From an uncultured delta proteobacterium (GTDB lineage Bacteria > Myxococcota > Myxococcia > SLRQ01), in NCBI GenBank assembly GCA_963727485.1, contig CAVSGM010000002.1, positions 896,001 to 960,000 of the forward strand: DNA of 64,000 bases, read 5' to 3'. The notes below the pieces were generated by a model. It did no database searches. It was not told the DNA's origin and saw only the letters and a program-made list of their open reading frames with translations. Below, piece after piece: positions 9,588-17,494 of this stretch (its first letter is position 1; each line of letters starts with the position of its first letter). A program made the position numbers and the translations under genes.

Positions 9588-10411
9588 CCACCGCCCCCGG
9601 GGCCGACGCCGCGCCCCGCCTCGCCGCCCGCGACCTGCGCTTCGCCTACCCCGGCGGCGACCCGGTCCTCGACGGGGTCTCCCTCGACGCCGCGCCGGGG
9701 ACCCTCCTGGGGATCCTCGGCCCCAACGGCTCCGGGAAGAGCACCCTGGTGGGCCTGCTCTGCGGCCTCCACGCCCCGGGCGACGGAGAGGTGCGCGTCC
9801 TCGACCGGCCGCTCGCCGACTGGCCCCGGCGGGCGCTGGCCCAGACCGTGGCCCTGGTGCCCCAGGACGTCGGCGCCTCGTTCCCCTTCACCGTGGAGCA
9901 GATGGTGCTCATGGGCCGCTCACCCCACCTGGGGCCGCTGGGCCTCGAGGGGCAGGCCGACCTCGAGGCCGCCGCCGAGGCGATGCGCGCCACCGGGGTC
10001 GACGCCCTCGCCGCCCGCCCGGTGGACCAGATCTCCGGGGGCGAGCGCCAGCGGGTGCTCATCGCCCGGGCGCTGGCCCAGGCGCCCCAGGTGCTCCTCT
10101 GCGACGAGCCCACCGCCCACCTCGACATCCGCCACCAGATCCGGGTGATGGACCTGTTGTGGCAGCGCACCCGGAACACCGGGCTCGCGGTCGTCACCGT
10201 CCTCCACGACCTCAACCTCGCCGCCGCCTACTGCGACCGGCTGCTCCTCCTCGACGGCGGCCGGCCGGTGGCGCAGGGGCCCGTGGAGGAGGTGCTCACC
10301 TACGCCCACGTGAAGCAGGTCTACGGCACCGAGATCTGGGTGGGGGTCAACGAGCTGACCGGGGCGCGGTTCCTGGTGCCGGTGGCCGGGCACCGGCGGC
10401 CCGGCGGGTGA
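9584..10411 (+). CDS. btuD: ABC transporter ATPase, FepC/BtuD-like
   Basis: Walker A GPNGSGKST, signature ISGGERQRV, Walker B LLCDEPTAHLD, and HDLNLA. Confidence 0.85.
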   Translation: MTTAPGADAAPRLAARDLRFAYPGGDPVLDGVSLDAAPGTLLGILGPNGSGKSTLVGLLCGLHAPGDGEVRVLDRPLADWPRRALAQTVALVPQDVGASFPFTVEQMVLMGRSPHLGPLGLEGQADLEAAAEAMRATGVDALAARPVDQISGGERQRVLIARALAQAPQVLLCDEPTAHLDIRHQIRVMDLLWQRTRNTGLAVVTVLHDLNLAAAYCDRLLLLDGGRPVAQGPVEEVLTYAHVKQVYGTEIWVGVNELTGARFLVPVAGHRRPGG

Positions 10412-10497
10412 CCGGGGCGCGCATTGCCCCGGGGCCCCGCCGGCCCGGGCGTTGCAGGTCCTGACGGGGATCGTAGACTCGGGGCAGGAGCCTCACG

Positions 10498-11784
10498 ATG
10501 GCGGACGCGGACAGGAGAGGGAGCCGGCGGGCACCGGGCCGGTTGGCCGGGGCGCTGGGGATCTCCGTCCTGGTGCACCTGGCGCTGCTCCTGCTGGTGT
10601 TCGTGACCTGGCCGCGCCTGGAGACCCTGCCGCGTACCGAGATCACCGAGATGGTCCTGGCGCCACGCCCCGCCGAGCGTCGCCCGGCGCGGATGGTGCC
10701 CCAGCCTGCGTCGCCGGCGACGCACCGGGCGCGGGCGGCACACCCCCGGCCCGCGCATCGGCCGACGCATCGGTCGGCGCATCGGCAAACGCGCAGGGCG
10801 GCCCCCCCGCGCCGGACCCCCGCACCTCCGCCGGCTTCGTCGCCAGCCCCGCCCGAGACCGCCGCGGCGACGCCGGCGCCGTCCCGGGCCGAGGCCCCAC
10901 CCCCGTCCCCCGAGGGCACCGGCCCGCCGGCGGCCCCGGCCCCGGCCCCCGGCAACGCCCGGCCCATGGACCTCTTCGCCCCCGAGGCCCTGGCGAAGGC
11001 CACCGGCACGAAGGCCGAGTTCGACGGCGACCCCGACGCCCTCACCAGGGCGCGCATCACCCGGCGCATCCACGACTACATCGCCGGCCTCAAGGCCCGG
11101 GACCGGGTGGCCACCGGCCTGGTCGACCCCTACTTCGGGCGGCTGCGCGACCGGCTGGCCCAGGGCTTCAAGCCCACCTGGACCCAGTTCGACCCGGCCC
11201 ACGCCCAGGGCCTGGGCAACGCGGTGATCGCCTGGCTCAAGGACTGGCAGTCGACCGCCAGCCGCTACGCCCTCACCGGGAGCCCCTACCACCAGGGCGA
11301 GACCTACACCGGCCGCATCGGCCCCGACGACCTCGCGGGCACCGAGGGCCTCGCCGAGCACGACTACCAGATGCGGATGCGCCAGTACGCGCAGATCCAC
11401 GACTACCTGCGCGACGCGGTCCACGGGAAGGCCTCGGGGATGGAGCTGCTCGCCTTCGTCAAGGTGACCCAGGCCGACGACGGCCGGCTCCTCCACGTGG
11501 AGCTCACCCATCCGTCCGGGGCCGACGGCTACGACGCCTACGTGGTGCGCTCGGTGAAGCAGGCGCTCAAGGGCAGGCTGCCCCCGGCGCGGCGGGGCAC
11601 CGGCCTGGGCCTGAAGCAGCACCGCATCGTGAGCCTCTGGGCCTTCCGGACCCGGTTCGTGGTGGTGCCCCCGGTGCCCGGGGTCGGCTGCGACATCGGC
11701 ACCAACCTCGACAAGCTCGGCAAGTGCTACTACCCGCTGGAGAAGGTGGTCTGGCCCCACCTCCAGCTCGTGGCGGTCTACTAG
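10498..11784 (+). CDS. TonB-like protein (TM anchor, Pro/His-rich linker, extended C-terminal domain)
   Basis: SVLVH in the N-terminal TM helix (TonB SxxxH motif), Pro-rich spacer, and VKVTQADDGRLLHVELTHPSG..YD TonB_C-like segment. Confidence 0.6.
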   Translation: MADADRRGSRRAPGRLAGALGISVLVHLALLLLVFVTWPRLETLPRTEITEMVLAPRPAERRPARMVPQPASPATHRARAAHPRPAHRPTHRSAHRQTRRAAPPRRTPAPPPASSPAPPETAAATPAPSRAEAPPPSPEGTGPPAAPAPAPGNARPMDLFAPEALAKATGTKAEFDGDPDALTRARITRRIHDYIAGLKARDRVATGLVDPYFGRLRDRLAQGFKPTWTQFDPAHAQGLGNAVIAWLKDWQSTASRYALTGSPYHQGETYTGRIGPDDLAGTEGLAEHDYQMRMRQYAQIHDYLRDAVHGKASGMELLAFVKVTQADDGRLLHVELTHPSGADGYDAYVVRSVKQALKGRLPPARRGTGLGLKQHRIVSLWAFRTRFVVVPPVPGVGCDIGTNLDKLGKCYYPLEKVVWPHLQLVAVY

Positions 11785-11806
11785 CGGCGGGTGTAGATAG
11801 CGGTCC

Positions 11807-12836
<1,030 letters not shown>

Positions 12837-12873
12837 CGGCGCGCGCGCCGGGGCCGTGACCGGCCCGGTCGGC

Positions 12874-13641
12874 TCACAGGTGGCTGGCCACGGTGAGCAC
12901 GGCGACGAAGCCGGCGGCGAGGACGGTCTCGACAATCCCCACCCGCTGGGGCCGGATCAGGACCCGGCCCCGGAGCACCGCGGGCCGGAGCGCGGCCACC
13001 GACACCGCCGCCGCCCCGGCGACGAAGGCCGGCCCCAGGGGCGCCAGGGCCCAGGCCGCGGCCACGCTGGCCACCGACCAGACCCAGGGCCGACCCGGGG
13101 CCGCCTGGCCGGTCTTCGCCGCCCGGCGCCGGCGGACGATGGCCCGGAGGTGGAGGGTGGCCCCGCCGAAGAAGAGGACGCAGGCGACGAAGGCCGCCAC
13201 CGCGGGGACCCCGAGGCCGCCGGTGGCGGCGAGGATCGCCGCCGGCGCCGCGAGGCTGGCGACGCCGACCCCGGCGAGCTCCACCGGGAGGGCCCGCGCC
13301 TGGCTCCGGGTGCCCGCGGCGACCACTGCGCCCCCGAGCACCGCCCCCGGCGCGGCCACCACCGCCAGCGCCGAGAGGGGCACCGAGGTGAAGAGCACCG
13401 CGCCCCCGGCGGCCAGCGCCCCGCCGGCGCCGACCACCGCCCGGAGGTCCCGGGCGCGGGTGCGCCTGGGGAGGTCGTGGCCGTAGCGCAGGAGGCGGAC
13501 GGCCGGCTCCCGGAGGAGGTGGGCCGCCGCCGCCGCCACCCCCACCGCGGCCAGCGCCAGGGTGAGCCGGTCGCCGACCCCGGCCCCGGCGAGGAGGCTC
13601 GCCGCGAGCATCACCGTGCCGCCGTGCTCCTTGGGGAGCAT
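12874..13641 (-). CDS. YwiC-like membrane protein
   Basis: N-terminal MLPKEHG motif, multiple TM helices, and C-terminal RVGIVE, typical of YwiC-like proteins. Confidence 0.7.
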   Translation of the reverse strand: MLPKEHGGTVMLAASLLAGAGVGDRLTLALAAVGVAAAAAHLLREPAVRLLRYGHDLPRRTRARDLRAVVGAGGALAAGGAVLFTSVPLSALAVVAAPGAVLGGAVVAAGTRSQARALPVELAGVGVASLAAPAAILAATGGLGVPAVAAFVACVLFFGGATLHLRAIVRRRRAAKTGQAAPGRPWVWSVASVAAAWALAPLGPAFVAGAAAVSVAALRPAVLRGRVLIRPQRVGIVETVLAAGFVAVLTVASHL

Positions 13642-13645
13642 CGCC

Positions 13646-14083
13646 CTAGCCCGCCTTCCGCCCGGTGTGGAGGTCGTCGAGGGCCGCGAGGTCGGCGATG
13701 GTCTGGGTGTGCAGCTCGTCCTGGAGCTGCTCGCGCATGGGCTTCCAGGTCTCGTGCATCGGGCAGGGCTTCGCCGCGTCGCATCGCGGCATCCCCAGGA
13801 AGCAGGCGCTCCAGGGATCGGCGCCGTCGACGGAGGTGACCACCTCCAGGACCGGGATCGACGCCGGGTCCCGGGCGAGGCGCATCCCCCCGCCGGGGCC
13901 GCGGTTGGAGGTGACGATCCCCTCGGCGACCAGCCGCCGGATGACCTTGGCGAGAAACGGCTGGGGCACGTCCTCGGCGGCGGCGATGGCCTGGACGGTC
14001 GCCGCGTCGCCCGGGGGCTGGTGCGCCAGGTGGACCAGGGCCCGGAGGGCGTACTGGCTCGCGCGAGAGAGTCCAAGCGGCAT
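13646..14083 (-). CDS. Rrf2-family transcriptional regulator with Fe-S ligand motif
   Basis: SRASQYALRAL, FLAKVIRRL, SNRGPGGG, and CFLGMPRCDAAKPCPMH (C-x5-C-x5-C-x2-H). Confidence 0.9.
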   Translation of the reverse strand: MPLGLSRASQYALRALVHLAHQPPGDAATVQAIAAAEDVPQPFLAKVIRRLVAEGIVTSNRGPGGGMRLARDPASIPVLEVVTSVDGADPWSACFLGMPRCDAAKPCPMHETWKPMREQLQDELHTQTIADLAALDDLHTGRKAG

Positions 14084-14085
14084 GG

Positions 14086-15255
14086 CTAGGAGACCTCCCC
14101 GGCGGCGGCGGGGGCCGGGGCCGGTGAACGGTGGGGGACGGCGATGCGCCAGGCGAGGGCGGCGCCCCACACGGCGAAGCCCACGACCCAGAGGGCGCCG
14201 GCCCAGGCCAGGTGGTCCAGGTAGAGCGCGCCGGTGAAGGGCGCGGCGACCCGGGTGACGAGCGCCAGGACCACCAGCACCGAGGCGCTCCACAGGGGGC
14301 GGGAGCGCGCCTCCAGGGACCGGGGGTAGCCGCCGTGGGCCAACACCACCCGGGTCCCCACCGCGAGGATGAGCAGGGAGAAGCCGCCGAGGAAGACCAC
14401 GTGGAGCAAGGCGATCTGGTAGGGCGGGAAGGCGGCGACGAGGACGAGGCCCAGGACCACGAGCCACTGGGCGAGCCAGGTGGTCACCGCGGTGGCGGCG
14501 CGGCCCGGGCGCGTCCAGAGGCGGGCGGCGGGGATCAGCACCGCACCCACGGCGAAGGCCCTCACCCAGGCGCCGCCGGGCAGGCCCAGGCCGTACTCGG
14601 CGACCACCGAGGCGACGATGAGGGCGGCGGCGGCGCCGTGGGCCCACGGGGGCAGCGGCGGGGGCCCGTCGCGCTCGAGGAGCATGGGCCCGAGCTTGCC
14701 GGTGACGCCGAGGACCAGGGTGAGCGCCATCCCCTCGTCGAGGAGGCGCCGGGCGAGGAGGGCCAGGGTCCCCGGGGCCAGGCCGGTGGCGATGGCGAAG
14801 GCGAGGCCGGCCCCGGCGAGACCCGCCAGCCCGGCGAGGGCCACCGCGGCGAAGGGCGGCGGCAGGGGGCCGGTGCGGCGCCGGACGGTGCGGACCCCGA
14901 GGCCGCCGAGGACGAGCAGGGCCCCCACCGAGAGGCCCTCGCCCAGGGCCTGGGCCCCGATCCAGAACGCCGCCGCCGAGGCCGCGAGGGCGGCGGCGAG
15001 GACCAGCTGGGGACCGAGACGCACCGCCGGTCCGCCGGTCATCCGCGGGAGGGCGGTGAGCAGGAAGCCGGCGGCAAACGCGAGGACGAAGCCCTGGATC
15101 TGCAGGGCCACGTGGGCCGCCGCCCCGGGGGCGAGGCCGGGCGCCAGGCGGTAGAGGGGCCACACGCTCACGCCCATCAGGCCCAGGACGAGGCCCAGGG
15201 GGAAGAAGACGCGGTAGGGCTCGACGGCGGCCCGCTCGGCTCGGGGGGTTCCCAT
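14086..15255 (-). CDS. nnrS: NnrS-family membrane protein
   Basis: EPYRVFFPLG, H...GFVLAFAAGFLLTALPRMTG, LHVVFLGGF and TRVVLAHGG. Its ATG overlaps the ric stop (TGATG). Confidence 0.8.
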   Translation of the reverse strand: MGTPRAERAAVEPYRVFFPLGLVLGLMGVSVWPLYRLAPGLAPGAAAHVALQIQGFVLAFAAGFLLTALPRMTGGPAVRLGPQLVLAAALAASAAAFWIGAQALGEGLSVGALLVLGGLGVRTVRRRTGPLPPPFAAVALAGLAGLAGAGLAFAIATGLAPGTLALLARRLLDEGMALTLVLGVTGKLGPMLLERDGPPPLPPWAHGAAAALIVASVVAEYGLGLPGGAWVRAFAVGAVLIPAARLWTRPGRAATAVTTWLAQWLVVLGLVLVAAFPPYQIALLHVVFLGGFSLLILAVGTRVVLAHGGYPRSLEARSRPLWSASVLVVLALVTRVAAPFTGALYLDHLAWAGALWVVGFAVWGAALAWRIAVPHRSPAPAPAAAGEVS

Positions 15256-15929
15256 CACGACTCGGAGAGGGCCCGGGGAAACAGGACCTCGTCCTCCAGT
15301 TCGATGTGCGCCTGCAAGTCCGCGTCCAGCTCGGCGAGGCCCTCCCACAGCGCGCGCCAGCTCCGGCAGGCGGCCTCGGGGACGACGTAGCCGCCGGTGA
15401 GCTCGCGGAGGCCCTCGAGGTGGGCGGTGGCCTCCTCGTGCTCCATGCCCATGACCCGGATGGGCATCTCGGCCCGGGCGCCCTGGCCGGTGGTCACCAG
15501 GGGGAAGAGGATCCGCTCCTCCTTGAGCATGTGGTCGACGAGCTCGTGGTGGAGGGTCTCCACGGTCTCGAGGATGGCGGCGAAGCGCGGGGGGTCCTTG
15601 GGGCCGTGGCGGCGGTTCACCTTCTGGGCGAGGGCCACCAGGCGGGGGAGCTCGGCTTCCAGGGGGCGGTGGAAGCGGGCGAGGATGTGGTCGACGAGGT
15701 CCGGGAGGGGGGCGTCGGTCCAGTCCCGGTCGTCGGCGGCCCGGTCGGCGGGACCGGCGGCGTCGAGCTCGGTGAGGACGGCGTCGAGGGTGACCCCGGC
15801 GCGGCCGAGGGCCTTGTCGAGGGGCTGCTTGCCGCCACAGCAGACGTCGACGCCGTGGCGCTGGAGGAGGCGCTCGGCGCCGGGGTGGGAGGCGAGGAGA
15901 TCGGCGACGGTCTCGAGGGGGGCGGGCAT
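15255..15929 (-). CDS. ric: Iron-sulfur cluster repair di-iron protein (Ric/YtfE/ScdA)
   Basis: AAGGAG RBS and N-terminal DVCCGG. Di-iron ligands H, HMLKEE, MEHEE and HIELE are present. Confidence 0.9.
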   Translation of the reverse strand: MPAPLETVADLLASHPGAERLLQRHGVDVCCGGKQPLDKALGRAGVTLDAVLTELDAAGPADRAADDRDWTDAPLPDLVDHILARFHRPLEAELPRLVALAQKVNRRHGPKDPPRFAAILETVETLHHELVDHMLKEERILFPLVTTGQGARAEMPIRVMGMEHEEATAHLEGLRELTGGYVVPEAACRSWRALWEGLAELDADLQAHIELEDEVLFPRALSES

Positions 15930-16006
15930 CGGGGGGCTCCTTGGGTGCGTGTGGAGCCCTTGGCCGTGCATCGGGCGTGCCCCGGCTTGCCTCAGGGGCG
16001 GGTCGT

Positions 16007-16036
16007 GGAAAAACGGACACTTTTGTCCGCTTTTCC
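16007..16036. promoter_or_regulatory. AT-rich palindromic operator upstream of ric (candidate Rrf2 box)
   Basis: GGAAAAA-CGGACA-cttt-TGTCCG-c-TTTTCC, an AT-rich island about 80 bp upstream of the ric start. Confidence 0.6.
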
Positions 16037-16057
16037 CGATCCGGCCCCCAGGGAGCG

Positions 16058-16101
16058 CGCAAGAACTGCGAGCGGCGCCTGGACGCCTCGCAGTTTCTGC
16101 G
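16058..16101 (-). terminator. Stem-loop, probable terminator after def and the second hemerythrin gene
   Basis: AACTGCGAG (16064-16072) and CTCGCAGTT (16087-16095) form a perfect 9-bp inverted repeat that extends on both sides. The U-tail on the minus strand is short. Confidence 0.4.
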
Positions 16102-16161
16102 AGCGGACCTCGGGCACCGGCCCCGCCCCCACGGGCGCGGAGGCACCCCGGCGCGCCGGGG

Positions 16162-16682
16162 TCAGGCGGGGCTGGAGAGGGCCCGGCGGAAGAGGACCTC
16201 GTCCTCGAGCCACATGTGGGCCTGCAGGTCCAGATCGAGGGCGGCCAGGCCGGCCCAGAGCGCCCGCACGGGCTCGCTGGCCCCTTCGGGGACCGCGTAG
16301 TCGCCGGTGAGATCGCGCAGGCGCGCCACGTACCCGACGGCCTCGTCGTGCTCCGCCTCCATCACCTCGACCGGCACCCGGGCCTCGGCGCCCTGGCCGC
16401 TGGAGATGAGGGGGAAGAGGATCTGCTCCTCCTTGAGCATGTGGTCGAGGAGCGACTGCTCGAGGGCGCGCAGGGTCTGGAGGAGACCGCTCGAGAACGC
16501 GCGGGCGCCGTCTGCGCCTGGGTCCTGGACCTGCTCGGCGAGGGCCACCAGGCGGGGGAGCTCGGCCTCGAGGGGGCGGTGGTAGGTCGCCACCAGGTGG
16601 CGGACCACCTCGCGCAGGGGCGCGTCGGACCACGCCGCGAGGTCGTCGCCGGGCCGGGCTGGGGGATTGGGGGGGTGGTCAT
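16162..16682 (-). CDS. Stand-alone hemerythrin (Ric C-terminal-like) protein; apparent frameshift just after the start
   Basis: YHRPLEAELPRLVALA, DHMLKEE.ILFP, MEAEHDE and AHMWLEDEVLF closely match the neighbouring ric. The ATG at 16682 with an AGGAG RBS is out of frame across G/C runs at ~16660-16676. Confidence 0.7.
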
Positions 16683-16739
16683 CGGGCGCTCCTGGAGCAG
16701 GGTGGGCCCGCAGGGCCTGCGTCGCGGGTGGATGCGGCC

Positions 16740-17276
16740 CTAGCTGGCCTGGGCCGCCGGGTCCTCGGCGGCGCGCTCGGCCTTCTCGCGCTTCATCTTC
16801 TTGCGGACCAGCTCCCGCTTCAGGGGCGAGAGCCGGTCGACGAGGAGGCGTCCGTCGAGGTGGTCGAGCTCGTGCTGGAGGGCGATGGCGAAGAGGTCGT
16901 CCGCCTCGAGCTCGAAGGGCGCCCCGTGGCGGTCGAGGGCCTTCATCTTCAGATGGGTGAAGCGCTCGATCTCCACGGTGACCCCGGGGAGCGACAGGCA
17001 CCCCTCTTCGTAGAGGGTCGACCCGTCGGACTCGACGATCTCGGGGTTGATGAAGATCTTGAGGCCCCCGCCCTCCTCACGGTGGGAGGTGTCCACCACG
17101 AAGATGCGCTTGCCCACGCCCACCTGGGGGGCGGCGAGGCCCAGCCCGTCGGCGGCGTACATGGTCTCGACCATGTCGTCGATGAGGGGCTGGAGGGTGT
17201 CGTCGACCTCGGTCACCTCCTCGGCGCGGGTCTTGAGGACGGGGTCGGGCCAGATGACGATGTCTCGAACTGCCAT
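16740..17276 (-). CDS. def: Peptide deformylase
   Basis: GLGLAAPQVG, EGCLSLPG and QHELDHLDG motifs. Confidence 0.97.
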   Translation of the reverse strand: MAVRDIVIWPDPVLKTRAEEVTEVDDTLQPLIDDMVETMYAADGLGLAAPQVGVGKRIFVVDTSHREEGGGLKIFINPEIVESDGSTLYEEGCLSLPGVTVEIERFTHLKMKALDRHGAPFELEADDLFAIALQHELDHLDGRLLVDRLSPLKRELVRKKMKREKAERAAEDPAAQAS

Positions 17277-17310
17277 GCGCTTCCGTTCAGCCTTCCTTCG
17301 GGTGAATCCA

Positions 17311-17492
17311 ATGACCTGGGCAGTATAGGCCCGGTCGAGAGGGCTAAGAAGAGGCGGACCCCGAGGCGTTGGACGGCCGAAGCCGGGGGGTCGGTCGGCC
17401 GGGGAGGACCGTGGCCATCGGGGCCCGCCTCAGTGCCGGCAAACTCCCACCCTAGGGGCCTATTCCCGCCCGGGGATCGTTTTTCAGGTCAT
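17311..17492 (-). ncRNA. Putative ~180-nt rod-shaped structured RNA/element (6S-like geometry, identity unproven)
   Basis: Nested inverted repeats at 17311-18/17485-92, 17325-32/17456-63, 17351-64/17418-31 and 17374-80/17395-401. An A-C mismatch becomes a G-U pair on the minus strand. Confidence 0.4.
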
Positions 17493-17494
17493 CC

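Noticed and set aside
9095..10411. Lipoprotein-ABC ATPase fusion in the ORF track
   Set aside because: Artefact of the extra base at ~9330. The ATPase has its own ATG at 9584 overlapping the corrected upstream stop.
17285..17320. SRP RNA suggested by CAGGTC...GAAGGAAG on the minus strand
   Set aside because: It does not form the SRP domain IV GNRA hairpin or GCAGC context. The purine run is better explained as the def RBS.
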